Below, one piece after another: positions 1-9,394 of a stretch of DNA of 64,000 nt (position 1 is the first letter of the stretch; each line of letters begins with the position of its first letter). Below the pieces are notes generated by a model, which did no database searches, was not told where the DNA came from, and saw nothing but the letters and a program-made list of their open reading frames with translations. The position numbers and the translations under genes are program-made. The stretch is from positions 132,564-196,563 of the forward strand of contig CAVWBT010000005.1 of the NCBI GenBank assembly GCA_963753285.1, given 5' to 3'. Source of the stretch: an uncultured bacterium. GTDB lineage: Bacteria > Actinomycetota > Acidimicrobiia > Spongiisociales > ZC4RG35.

Positions 1-1670
1 TCGCTCTCCTGATGGCGTTGCCGATGGTGGCGTCCGCGCAGGTCGACCCCTACGAAGCCGACCCGCTCGGGCTCCTCGCGTTCGTCGAGCAGTCGCGGGT
101 CTACACGAGCGGCACCGATGTCATCGAGGTCTTCGTCTGCGACGTGCCGGACGGCAACGTGCCAGTGGATCTCACGACCGCGGTTTCACAGATCAACGCC
201 GCGCTCCAGCCCTATTACACCTGGCTGTCGGGCGGCGTCTACCTCCCGGCGTTCGTCGAAGGGGGGACGCTCCTCGCCACATCGCCGTCCGGGTGGCCCG
301 ATGCCATCGTGTTGCAGACCGAGTGCGAGACGCTGGCCTCGCTCAGGGGGTCGGGGGCTGCGGCTGGGGCGCTCGTGATCGTCGATGCCGAGTACTCCGG
401 CGGATACGCCACCGCAGGCGTCGCTTGCGAGGTCACCAGCGAATGTCCGACCACCTTTCCCGACAACGGACGGATCATGGTGGTCGGTGCTTCGACGGTT
501 GTTCCTTCCCAGGAACTCCCTGAGGCTCGCCTCAGCACGGTTGCACACGAATTGGGCCACACGCTCGAGTTTCCGCACTCCTACGGTGGCCTCACCAAGT
601 TCATCAACGGTGTCACCTACGAGTACGACAACCCGATGGACATCATGAGTGGCGGGAGCCTCGTCGACCTCAATGTCGGAACGATCGCAATCAACCGCTA
701 CGCAGCCGGATGGCTCCCCGCCGGAACCGTGTTCCATCGCGGAGGTACTGCGCAGTACCGGCTCTCGAGCGTCGGCACGATCGGCCAGCAGATGCTGGTG
801 TTGCCAACCGACACCCAGGGCGTCTTCACGATGATCGGAGCTCGAGCGTCGGCAGAGTTCGACGCCGGGATCGTTGCGGAGGGCGTCGAGGTGTATCAGA
901 TCGATCAACGTGGCACGGCGTGCGGGGAGTCGATCGACTTCCTCTGCTGGGGCGCGGACCGTAGGACGACGCCATTCCCTGCGATCGACGATCCCGAGAG
1001 CGCGGTCCACGTGTTCGAGATCGGCGAGTCGTTCCCGGTCGGAGGCGCCTTCGTCACCGTCGACTCGGCGGCCGACGGCCGCTGGGTCGTCACGGTCACC
1101 GGTTCGACGGTTTCCGAGCGGTTCATCGACGACAACGGGAGCGTCCATGAAGCCAACATCTCGACGATCGCCTCGCTCGGCGTGACCCTGGGCTGCAACC
1201 CGCCACTCAACAGCGAGTTCTGCCCGGACGCAGCCGTGACTCGCGCCGAGATGGCCGTGTTCCTGTCGAGGGCTCTGGCAGATCAGGTCGAACCGACGAC
1301 GGGACTCGGCGTGTTTGCCGACGTCCCGGCGAACGTCTGGTACACCAGTGCGATTGCGCGGATGGTGGAGCTCGGCATCACCACCGGCTATGCGGATGGG
1401 ACCTATCGGCCGAACGCTCCGGTGTCACGCGGCGAGATGGCGGTGTTCCTCGATCGGGCATTCGACTCGCTCGCGTCCGACGGTGTCCTGGCGCCGTTCA
1501 TCGATGTTCCGGCAGAGGCGTTCTTCGCGCCGGCGACCGACGCGTTGTTCGATGCCGGCGTGACCCTTGGGTGCCAGGCCGATCCCCTGGCGTACTGTCC
1601 GCTGGATGCCGTGTCCCGGGCGGAGATGGCGTCCTTCCTGGCCCGCGTGCTGGTGCCCGCCTCAGGGTGA
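1..1670 (+). CDS. Secreted metzincin-type (M6-like) metallopeptidase with C-terminal S-layer homology (SLH) repeats; probably 5'-truncated by the window edge
   Basis: AHELGHTLEFPH zinc motif followed by a DIMS Met-turn. C-terminal repeats F.DV.....W/F...I..G.T.G and ..VSRAEMA.FL.R, with CNPP..FCP/CQ...YCP. The frame is open upstream of the ATG at 12. Confidence 0.8.
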   Translation, partial: ALLMALPMVASAQVDPYEADPLGLLAFVEQSRVYTSGTDVIEVFVCDVPDGNVPVDLTTAVSQINAALQPYYTWLSGGVYLPAFVEGGTLLATSPSGWPDAIVLQTECETLASLRGSGAAAGALVIVDAEYSGGYATAGVACEVTSECPTTFPDNGRIMVVGASTVVPSQELPEARLSTVAHELGHTLEFPHSYGGLTKFINGVTYEYDNPMDIMSGGSLVDLNVGTIAINRYAAGWLPAGTVFHRGGTAQYRLSSVGTIGQQMLVLPTDTQGVFTMIGARASAEFDAGIVAEGVEVYQIDQRGTACGESIDFLCWGADRRTTPFPAIDDPESAVHVFEIGESFPVGGAFVTVDSAADGRWVVTVTGSTVSERFIDDNGSVHEANISTIASLGVTLGCNPPLNSEFCPDAAVTRAEMAVFLSRALADQVEPTTGLGVFADVPANVWYTSAIARMVELGITTGYADGTYRPNAPVSRGEMAVFLDRAFDSLASDGVLAPFIDVPAEAFFAPATDALFDAGVTLGCQADPLAYCPLDAVSRAEMASFLARVLVPASG

Positions 1671-2762
1671 CGGCCGGTATACGCCGGGAAGGCTGACTGC
1701 GAAGACGGTCCAAGCATCATCCCTGTGGAACTCGATCGTCCCGTCCATGAGATGTGTGAGATCGCGGGCGAGCGACAGTCCGATCCCGTTCGATCCCGAG
1801 ACACTCAGATTCGGTCGGTGGCGCCCGAAGATGTCGCCGCCCCCGACGGGTAGTCCGTCTCCATCGTCGCGGACCTCGACGATCGCACGATCCGAATCGA
1901 CTCGTGTCACGACCTCGATGCGGTTGCCACCGTATTTGAGGGCATTGCTCGTCAGGTTGCGGATGACCTGGCGGATCCGGGCCGGATCGCCGACGGCGAC
2001 GACATCATCCTCTCGCCGATACCGGATTCGGTCTCGACGTTCCGGGGTGAGAGTTGCCAAGACCTGGGTGATCTCGGCGTCGAGATCGACGGGAACCCGC
2101 ATCGCGGTCAGTTGGCCCACTTCGTTTCGGGCGCTGGCCAGTAGGTCCTCGACGAGTGCGGAGATCTCGTGGCTCTCTTCGATGATTCGCGAAAGCATGT
2201 CTCTGCGCTCGGCGGCGCCGGCGTCGAGGTTCGGATCGGCGAGGATCTCGGCGAACCCGATGACGTTCGTGAGAGGCGACCGCAACTCGTGTGCAATGGT
2301 CGCGAGGAACTCTCCCTTCTCGACCAGGGCCCGGTGGAGCGCCTCACCGACCGCGCGTTCCGCGTTGATGGAGCGCAATCGTTCGACGGCCAGCAGCAGT
2401 GAACGCTCCAGCGTTGCCGGGGAAGTGGCGTCCTTGCTGAGATAATCGACGGCGCCGGACCTGATCGCCCTGACGTCGAGGCCCGGATCGTCTGCGCCGG
2501 TGAGCAGGATGAACGGCCCGGGGTTGCCCGACGCGACCGCCTCTGCGATCAACTCGAGTCCGCTCGACCCGGCCAGGCGATGGTCGACCAGATACACGTC
2601 GTGCGCCCGGTCGGCGATCCTGTCCCGGGCGGTCTCTGAATCTCCGATCGTCTCGATCTCGATCGCGAAGCGGGTCACTTGTCCCAACAACCGCTCCAGC
2701 AGGAGATGCTGGTCGGGGTCGTCGTCGATCGACAGGATCGACAGGTGTTGTGTCTGCGTCAT
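1662..2762 (-). CDS. Hybrid REC-HisKA-HATPase signalling protein (receiver plus histidine kinase, no sensor or TM domain)
   Basis: N-terminal receiver (ILSIDDD, YLVDHRL, FILLTG, YLSK); H-box IAHELRSPL; N-box NLTSNALKY; G1 DDGDG; G2 NGIGL. Start trimmed to ATG 2762. Confidence 0.9.
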   Translation of the reverse strand: MTQTQHLSILSIDDDPDQHLLLERLLGQVTRFAIEIETIGDSETARDRIADRAHDVYLVDHRLAGSSGLELIAEAVASGNPGPFILLTGADDPGLDVRAIRSGAVDYLSKDATSPATLERSLLLAVERLRSINAERAVGEALHRALVEKGEFLATIAHELRSPLTNVIGFAEILADPNLDAGAAERRDMLSRIIEESHEISALVEDLLASARNEVGQLTAMRVPVDLDAEITQVLATLTPERRDRIRYRREDDVVAVGDPARIRQVIRNLTSNALKYGGNRIEVVTRVDSDRAIVEVRDDGDGLPVGGGDIFGRHRPNLSVSGSNGIGLSLARDLTHLMDGTIEFHRDDAWTVFAVSLPGVYRPSP

Positions 2763-2861
2763 TCGGATCCAGTGTCGGGCCCTTCTCTCCGAGGCCCGGA
2801 CGCTCAGCATTCAAGCCGCCGGGCGTTCCTTCCGGGGGTTTTCCGCAACAGCAACCTACCT

Positions 2862-2875
2862 ACCGACCGGTCGGT
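2862..2875. promoter_or_regulatory. Perfect 14-bp palindrome ACCGACCGGTCGGT, probable TetR operator
   Basis: Self-complementary sequence in the divergent intergenic region, 37 bp upstream of the TetR gene start. Confidence 0.65.
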
Positions 2876-2911
2876 TTGTTCCTCGGGTCCGTGCCGAATA
2901 TCTTCACGATC

Positions 2912-3526
2912 GTGTCGTCCATCGCACGCCGCACACAAGAAGAACGCTCGGCCGAGACCCGTCTCAGGCTGCTCGATGCCTGCGTGAGCTGTCTCGTCGA
3001 ACTCGGCTACTCGAACACGACCACCAACGCCATCCAGGAACGCGCCGGCGTGAGCCGAGGAGCCCTCATGCACCACTACGCCTCGAAGGCGGATCTGATG
3101 GTGGCGTCGGTGCGTCATCTCACCGAACAGCGCGGGCAGAACCTCAGACAGATCGCAGACGGGCTGTCCGACGACGACGATCGGATCGCCCGGGCGATCG
3201 AGCTGCTGTGGGAGTCGTTCCAAGGGCCGCTGTTCACGGCAACCGTTGAGCTGTGGGTTGCATCGCGGACCGATCCGGAGCTGAGGGCGGCGCTCGCAGC
3301 CTCAGAACGCGAGCTCCGGAAGCCCATGACCGGTGTGCTCGCCACGTTGTTCGGCGCCCGCGTTGCCACCTCCCCGCGCTTCGAGATGGCAATCGACTTG
3401 ACCCTGCAGTTCATGCGGGGTGCGGCGTTCACCGCGATTCTCCGCACCGACCAGGACAGACAGCACGCCGCCGTCGAGGTCTGGACTGATCTGTTCACTG
3501 GCCTGATAGGAGAGGAAGACCGATGA
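2912..3526 (+). CDS. TetR/AcrR-family transcriptional regulator
   Basis: RRTQEERSAETR..LLDACVSCLVELGYSNTTTNAIQERAGVSRGALMHHY HTH. GTG start at 2912 is inferred. Confidence 0.92.
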   Translation: MSSIARRTQEERSAETRLRLLDACVSCLVELGYSNTTTNAIQERAGVSRGALMHHYASKADLMVASVRHLTEQRGQNLRQIADGLSDDDDRIARAIELLWESFQGPLFTATVELWVASRTDPELRAALAASERELRKPMTGVLATLFGARVATSPRFEMAIDLTLQFMRGAAFTAILRTDQDRQHAAVEVWTDLFTGLIGEEDR

Positions 3527-4671
3527 AACGGACGCTGTTCGACTCCGAACACGAGTTGTTCCGGGAGACCGTGCGCGACTTCATCGTTCGCGAGATCGTC
3601 CCCAACCATCTGCAGTGGGAGGCCGACGGCAAGGTCGACAAGCGCATGTTTCGCGCCGCCGGGGAGCAAGGGTTGCTCGGAATGGCGGTTCCCGAGCAGT
3701 TCGGCGGTGGCGGCGTCGCCGACTTCCGGTTCAATGTGGTGATCTCCGAGGAGACGATGGCGGCCGACGTCTTCGGATCGGGGATGTGCATCACCCTCCA
3801 CAACGACGTGTGCCTGCCGTACTTCACCGAGCTCGCCACGGATGATCAGATGGAACGGTGGGGGCCGGGCCTCGTCGATGGCTCGTTGATGTCGGCCATC
3901 GCCATGACCGAGCCAGGAGCGGGATCGGATCTGGCCGGGATCTCCACCACCGCCGTTCGTGATGGCGACCACTACGTCGTCAACGGCTCCAAGACGTTCA
4001 TCACGAACGGCATCAACTCCGATCTGGTGATCACAGCTGTGAAGACCGACCCGAGCAAGCGACACGCCGGTGTCAGCCTCCTCGTCATCGAGGACGGCAC
4101 CGACGGGTTCACCCGCGGCCGGAACCTGGAGAAGATCGGGCTTCACAGCCAGGACACGGCGGAGTTGTTCTTCACCGATGTGCACGTTCCCGTATCGAAT
4201 CTGCTCGGGGAAGAAGGCCGGGGCTTCTATCACCTCGTGAACAACCTCCCGCAGGAACGCCTCTCCCTTGCCGTCGGTTCGCTGGCCCATGCGCGAGCTG
4301 CGTTCGGGTGGACGCTCGAGTACGTCAAGGAGCGGAAGGCGTTCGGGGCCCCGATCGGCTCGAACCAGGTGATCAAACATCGACTCGCAGAGATTGCCAC
4401 CGAGCTCGACATCGGTCAGGCATACGTCGATGCCCAGGTGGAGCGCCTCAATCAGCGGGAGCTCAGCGCCGACGACGCCGCGAAGTCGAAGTGGTGGTGC
4501 AGCGAGCTCGAGAAGCGCGTCGTGGACTCGTGCCTCCAGTTCTTCGGAGGCTGGGGCTACATGGAGGAGTATCCGATCGCCCGGGCGTACCGCGATGCCC
4601 GCGTCCAGACCATCTACGGGGGCACCACCGAGATCATGAAAGAGATCATCGGGAAGAGCCTGGGGCTCTGA
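3523..4671 (+). CDS. Acyl-CoA dehydrogenase (long-chain/LCAD-like)
   Basis: AIAMTEPGAGSD, NGSKTFITNG, FFGGWGYMEEYPIAR, IYGGTTEIMK motifs; ATGA overlap with the tetR stop. Confidence 0.96.
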   Translation: MKRTLFDSEHELFRETVRDFIVREIVPNHLQWEADGKVDKRMFRAAGEQGLLGMAVPEQFGGGGVADFRFNVVISEETMAADVFGSGMCITLHNDVCLPYFTELATDDQMERWGPGLVDGSLMSAIAMTEPGAGSDLAGISTTAVRDGDHYVVNGSKTFITNGINSDLVITAVKTDPSKRHAGVSLLVIEDGTDGFTRGRNLEKIGLHSQDTAELFFTDVHVPVSNLLGEEGRGFYHLVNNLPQERLSLAVGSLAHARAAFGWTLEYVKERKAFGAPIGSNQVIKHRLAEIATELDIGQAYVDAQVERLNQRELSADDAAKSKWWCSELEKRVVDSCLQFFGGWGYMEEYPIARAYRDARVQTIYGGTTEIMKEIIGKSLGL

Positions 4672-4726
4672 ACCCGGACGTGATGTGCGCGTCGGGCCCG
4701 ACGCGAACCAAGACAGTGAGGAAGAC

Positions 4727-5632
4727 ATGAGCGAGACAATCACATTCGACGAGCGAGTCGCGATCGTCACCGGGGCCGGTGGAGGCCTCGGCCGGGAGTA
4801 CGCCCTCGAGCTGGCTCGGAGGGGAGCGCGGGTCGTCGTCAACGATCTCGGTGGTGCCGTTGGTGGCGAGGGCGCCTCCGAACTCGCCGCAGATGCGGTC
4901 GTCGCCGAGATCATCGCAGCCGGGGGAGTGGCCGTCGCCAGCTACGACTCCGTTTCCGAGCCCGAGAGCGGGGCCGCCATCGTGGAGACGGCGGTCGACG
5001 CCTTCGGGACGATCGACATCGTCGTCAACAACGCCGGCATCCTCAGAGACAAGAGCTTCGCCAAGATGTCCGCCGAGGAGGTCGACGCAGTCATCGATGT
5101 CCACCTCCGTGGCGCCTTCAACGTCTCGCGACCGGCGTTCGTGCTCATGAAGGACAAGGGGTACGGCCGGTTCGTCCACACGTCGTCGAACTCAGGGATC
5201 CTGGGCAACTTCGGTCAGGCGAACTACGGCGCTGCCAAGGCCGGCCTCGTCGGGCTCTCCAACGTCCTGGCGATCGAGGGTGCGAAGTACGACATCCGGT
5301 CGAATGTCATCGCTCCGACCGCGATGACACGAATGACCGAGGATCTGCTCGGAGCGTTCGCGGACTACCTCGACCCGGCTCAGGTCATGCCGATGGTGGT
5401 CTATCTGTGCTCTGAGCAGAACCAGTTCACTCACGAGATCTTCTCGGCGGGCGGCGGACGGTATGCGCGCTTCTTCATCGGGATGAACGAAGGCTGGTTC
5501 GCCGGACCGAAGCAGGTTCCGAGCGTCGAGGAGCTGGCAGCGCACCTCGACGAGATCAGGGACATCAGTTCGTACGAGGTTCCAACCAGCTCAACGGACG
5601 AGATCAACCTCCTGGGTCGCCAGTTCCAATGA
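4727..5632 (+). CDS. SDR oxidoreductase (MFE-2-like 3-hydroxyacyl-CoA dehydrogenase)
   Basis: TGAGGGLG, NNAGILRD, NFGQANYGAAK (YxxxK); RBS GAGGA before ATG 4727. Confidence 0.93.
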   Translation: MSETITFDERVAIVTGAGGGLGREYALELARRGARVVVNDLGGAVGGEGASELAADAVVAEIIAAGGVAVASYDSVSEPESGAAIVETAVDAFGTIDIVVNNAGILRDKSFAKMSAEEVDAVIDVHLRGAFNVSRPAFVLMKDKGYGRFVHTSSNSGILGNFGQANYGAAKAGLVGLSNVLAIEGAKYDIRSNVIAPTAMTRMTEDLLGAFADYLDPAQVMPMVVYLCSEQNQFTHEIFSAGGGRYARFFIGMNEGWFAGPKQVPSVEELAAHLDEIRDISSYEVPTSSTDEINLLGRQFQ

Positions 5633-5708
5633 TCGGCACGGCCCGGCACGCCGATTAAGTCGCCCTGGCAGCTGCCGACGATCAATACAGCGACCTCGTT
5701 GGAGCCTG

Positions 5709-6917
5709 ATGCTCGTCGATACCTATTTCGCCAGACAGCCGATCCTGGATCGGCGGCGAAACGTGTGCGCGTACGAGGTCTTGTATCGAGGCGGGCCCGA
5801 CAGCACGACTGCCGGATTCATCGATGGCGAGTCCGCTACGGCTCAGGTGTTGGCGGGCGCCTTCAACGATCTCGATCTCCCAGATCTCCTGGCGGGCCGG
5901 CCAGGCTTCGTCAACCTTCCCCGCGAGACCATTCTCGAACGCGCACTGCTGTCCTTCCCACCGTCACGAGTCGCAGCAGAAATCCTCGAAGACGCCGAGA
6001 TCGACGGCATGCTGATCGAAGCCATCCGTGAGCTGCGGACGCTCGGCTACCGGGTGGCGCTCGACGATTTCACACTCCGAGACGGGCGCAATGCGCTGCT
6101 CCCGTTCGCAGACATCGTCAAGGTCGACATCCAGATCCTCACTCCCGAGGAACTCGGTCGAACCGCGTCGGTTCTCCGTTCCATGGGCATCACGATGCTG
6201 GCCGAGAAGGTGGAGACCGCCGAGGAGTTCGATCAGTGCGCCAGACTCGGGTTCGAGCTGTTCCAGGGCTACTTCTTCGCCAGGCCGGAACTGGTATCGG
6301 GTCGGAGGCTCGACGAGGGGAGAGGTCGGCTCGTCGGCCTTCTCGCCGAGTTGCACCGTCCCGACATCACCATCGACGACGTGGCCCGCAAGGTGGAGCA
6401 TCATCCGAGCCTGTCGTTCCAGATGCTGCGCCTCCTCAACTCGGCCTCGATCGGGCTCCATCGCCAGGTCGAGTCGATCCGCGAGGCCGTGATCCTGTTG
6501 GGCACCCGCAAGGTGACCGAGCTCGCCAGCGTGCTGGTCCTCGCCTCGCACGACCACAAGCCACGCGAGCTGTTGACACTCGGGTTGAGTCGGGCCCGCA
6601 TGTGCGAGCTGATCGCCGAGCGGATGGGGCGACACGACCCCGATTCCTTCTTCACCGTGGGAATCTTCAGTGTGCTGGACGCGCTCGCCGATCGGCCAAT
6701 CGAAGAGGTCGTCGATGCGCTTCCGCTGGCGCGCGACGTCGTGGAGGCGCTGGTGCACCGGACCGGGGTGAAGGGCCGAGTGCTCGAGGCGGCGATCGCC
6801 TACGAGCGGGCCGAGTGGGACAGCCTCCCCTCGATCGGAATCCCTGCCGCCGACGTCTCTGGCGCCTACCTCGAGGCGATCGACTGGGCAAGCGCAATGT
6901 CGAAGGCCGTGGCCTAG
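5709..6917 (+). CDS. EAL and HDOD (modified HD-GYP) domain signal transduction protein (YuxH/CdgJ-like)
   Basis: ARQPI..., YEVLYR, ALDDF, LAEKVET..EF, FQGYFFARP, then the HDOD region (LLRLLNSA, FTVGIFSVLDAL). Confidence 0.9.
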   Translation: MLVDTYFARQPILDRRRNVCAYEVLYRGGPDSTTAGFIDGESATAQVLAGAFNDLDLPDLLAGRPGFVNLPRETILERALLSFPPSRVAAEILEDAEIDGMLIEAIRELRTLGYRVALDDFTLRDGRNALLPFADIVKVDIQILTPEELGRTASVLRSMGITMLAEKVETAEEFDQCARLGFELFQGYFFARPELVSGRRLDEGRGRLVGLLAELHRPDITIDDVARKVEHHPSLSFQMLRLLNSASIGLHRQVESIREAVILLGTRKVTELASVLVLASHDHKPRELLTLGLSRARMCELIAERMGRHDPDSFFTVGIFSVLDALADRPIEEVVDALPLARDVVEALVHRTGVKGRVLEAAIAYERAEWDSLPSIGIPAADVSGAYLEAIDWASAMSKAVA

Positions 6918-7057
6918 TCACGAAGACACTGCGTCGCCAGGTCTGGGCCTGACGTCGCGAGTTCCGAGTGGTGGGTGCCGACACGACGAGATCTCGGCCA
7001 TGTCGGCGTCGACCTCGAGGCTCGTCCGGTTGATACTGCACGGCACCCTTCGAGTGC

Positions 7058-7342
7058 TCACTCACCAACGAACGAGCCGTCTGCGGCAACGATGAAGTCG
7101 GCGGAGAGGGGTTTGAACGCACGCCACCCACCGTCGTCGATCGCAGCGATCACCCTCAGATTCCCCTGTCGGCGACCATCCCAGAATGCCTGCACTTCGA
7201 CCTGGTACTCGACGCCGGACTCCGCCACGACCGCGCGCGTGTCGGTCTGATTCAGGTATCGAGCCACGAGATTCCCGTAGGACTCACGGCGCAGCTCGGC
7301 AACGACGGCGTGGAGGATTCTCCTCGCTTCCTCGGTGTTCAT
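7058..7342 (-). CDS. Small hypothetical protein (94 aa)
   Basis: Ordered, protein-like sequence (YQVEVQAFWD...NLRVIAAIDDGGWRAFKPLSADFIVAADGSFVGE). Start trimmed to ATG 7342. Confidence 0.7.
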   Translation of the reverse strand: MNTEEARRILHAVVAELRRESYGNLVARYLNQTDTRAVVAESGVEYQVEVQAFWDGRRQGNLRVIAAIDDGGWRAFKPLSADFIVAADGSFVGE

Positions 7343-7560
7343 CCGCCAATCATGCCAGACGATCTCCCGGTCGATGAGCGCGGCTCGGACACCGGTCGAC
7401 ACGAGCTGGCGGCGTGGCGACGCGCCTTGCCAAGGCGTTCGTGTGGAGCGCATGACGGAAGACGAGTATCGAGCGTCCGTCGTCTCGGGCCGGTATGGTT
7501 CATCCACGGCGCAGGACTCTTCACGTTGGAGCGATCGCTCTCGTCCTGTGAGGAGGCCTC

Positions 7561-8505
7561 GTGGACACCATCCGTCAAGGGAGTCTTGCCGCGATCATCG
7601 TGACCGCCCTGATCACCGTCGCAGCATGCGGAAGCTCCGAAGACATCACCGCCACCGACGTCTCGGTCACAACGACTGGGGGCATGGAGACCACCAGCAC
7701 CTCGGTCACAACGACCGCGGGCACCGAGATCACGGATGACGCGCCCGACGTCGCGTCGCTCTATGAGAGCGCGGGCAACCCTGACGCCGAGACCGTCGTC
7801 GTCTTTGCCCAGGGTGGGCCGAACCCACGGCTCGACTCCAACGGGTTCTCACTGCTCACCGAAGGATTGGACCTGGACGAGCTCTTCGTAGTCAATGTGC
7901 ATCAGGCCCAAACGCTCGATCCCGAGCGATTCCTCGCCGCCGATATCGACTTCGACGCCGCCAAGGCTGCCGACGACGAGAGCGTCCAGATCGCCGCCGA
8001 CGTCGTCGACCACTTCCGCACCGGCGGCAAGCGTGTCGTCGTCCTCGGAATCTCGTTCGGCGCTGCTCTCGTGCAGGATCTGCTCGCCACACAAGGGAAC
8101 GTCGCCGATGCATACGTGATCATCGTGGGTCGGCTCGAGTCTCCGGAGGAGGCTTGGAGGCCGTTCTCGGAGGGAAGAACGGTCGAGTTCATCGATGGCA
8201 CCGAGGTTGTCGAGGTTCCGATCGAGCAGTACGGCTTCGGGACCGGCACCGCGGCTGGTGAGCGCAACATGGCTCGACTGGTCGCCGGGTTCGACTACAA
8301 CCGCTACACCGATCTGTTGGCGGATGTCGATTTGTCCAATGTGACGTACGGGTACGCCGAGATGGACGAGTATGTAGGCCGTCTGACCGAGAACGAGATC
8401 GCCTTCCTCGTCACTGCCGGTGCCGAGGTGGTCTCTGACCCGGGAGGTCATGTCGACGCGATCTTTGCGCTCACCGGCCCGGCGCTCGCCGGGGCGCTGC
8501 CGTAG
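7561..8505 (+). CDS. Lipoprotein with alpha/beta-hydrolase fold
   Basis: Lipobox VAAC, Thr-rich linker, QGGP oxyanion segment, GISFG nucleophile elbow, C-terminal GGHVD; RBS GAGGAGG before the GTG. Confidence 0.75.
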   Translation: MDTIRQGSLAAIIVTALITVAACGSSEDITATDVSVTTTGGMETTSTSVTTTAGTEITDDAPDVASLYESAGNPDAETVVVFAQGGPNPRLDSNGFSLLTEGLDLDELFVVNVHQAQTLDPERFLAADIDFDAAKAADDESVQIAADVVDHFRTGGKRVVVLGISFGAALVQDLLATQGNVADAYVIIVGRLESPEEAWRPFSEGRTVEFIDGTEVVEVPIEQYGFGTGTAAGERNMARLVAGFDYNRYTDLLADVDLSNVTYGYAEMDEYVGRLTENEIAFLVTAGAEVVSDPGGHVDAIFALTGPALAGALP

Positions 8506-8566
8506 CAGGTATTCGAAGCGAGTCGACGAAGCGCACGCCGCCGCTGCGAGTCCTCCAGCCGAGTCT

Positions 8567-9385
8567 TCAGGCCGAGCCCGTGATCGTCACCTTCATGCCG
8601 ACGGCCATGATGTCCCAGAGGACCTCGATCACGTCGTTCGGGAGGCGGACACACCCCAGCGAAGCCGCTTCGCCGATCGACCACGGCTGGTTGGTGCCGT
8701 GTATCCCGACGATGCCGTCGCCTCCGTTGAACTCGGTCACGACGTCCGAACGCGCCGACAGCCCGAAGGCGTATGGCCCCCACGGGCCGTTGGGTGCCGT
8801 CAGTCGAACGGCGTCGGTGACGAAGAAGACGCCGGTCGGGGTGGGGGAGACCTCCGATCCCACGGCCACCGACGACTCGAAGACCTCCTCGCCGTCGCTG
8901 AGCACAGTGAGACGGCGCTCCTCGAGATCTACGACGACCTCTCGCTCGAGGGTGAAGATCTCGACGTCGGCAGCGCGGATCCAACCGGTCTGCCCGTTGG
9001 GGCGGCCCGGGAGCAGGGCGTGCACCCAGCCCGGGAAGTCTCCGATGATCGACACGACAGTCGGCGTGCCGAGGATGGTCCTCTCGGGGAGGATCCTGAA
9101 CGGCTCATCGTCTCCGATCGCAGCGAACACCGGAGTCTCTCCAGAGGTGAGCCCAGCGGTCGAGTCCGGCGGAGACGGCACGGTCGTCTCTGAGACTTCG
9201 GGAGGTTCAGGCTTCTCTGAAGGGATGGGAAGAGGGGCTTCGGTCGAGGCGGTGCCGATCCTGGCGACCGCCGTGTCGGTGGAAGTGGGTCCCGGCTCAC
9301 TCGGCAGGCTCTCGGCCGCTCCGCATGCCGACAGCAGGAGCGTGATCGCCAACGCCAGGATCGGTTTGTGGCCTGGCCGTGACAT
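8567..9385 (-). CDS. L,D-transpeptidase family (YkuD) lipoprotein
   Basis: Lipobox LSAC, Pro/Thr linker, IHGTN...SLGCVR catalytic motif, TPTG.F.V. Confidence 0.92.
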   Translation of the reverse strand: MSRPGHKPILALAITLLLSACGAAESLPSEPGPTSTDTAVARIGTASTEAPLPIPSEKPEPPEVSETTVPSPPDSTAGLTSGETPVFAAIGDDEPFRILPERTILGTPTVVSIIGDFPGWVHALLPGRPNGQTGWIRAADVEIFTLEREVVVDLEERRLTVLSDGEEVFESSVAVGSEVSPTPTGVFFVTDAVRLTAPNGPWGPYAFGLSARSDVVTEFNGGDGIVGIHGTNQPWSIGEAASLGCVRLPNDVIEVLWDIMAVGMKVTITGSA

Positions 9386-9394
9386 CGGGTCAGG

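Noticed and set aside
7662-7715. 15-bp direct repeat, 39-bp period
   Set aside because: Simply encodes the Thr-rich lipoprotein linker.
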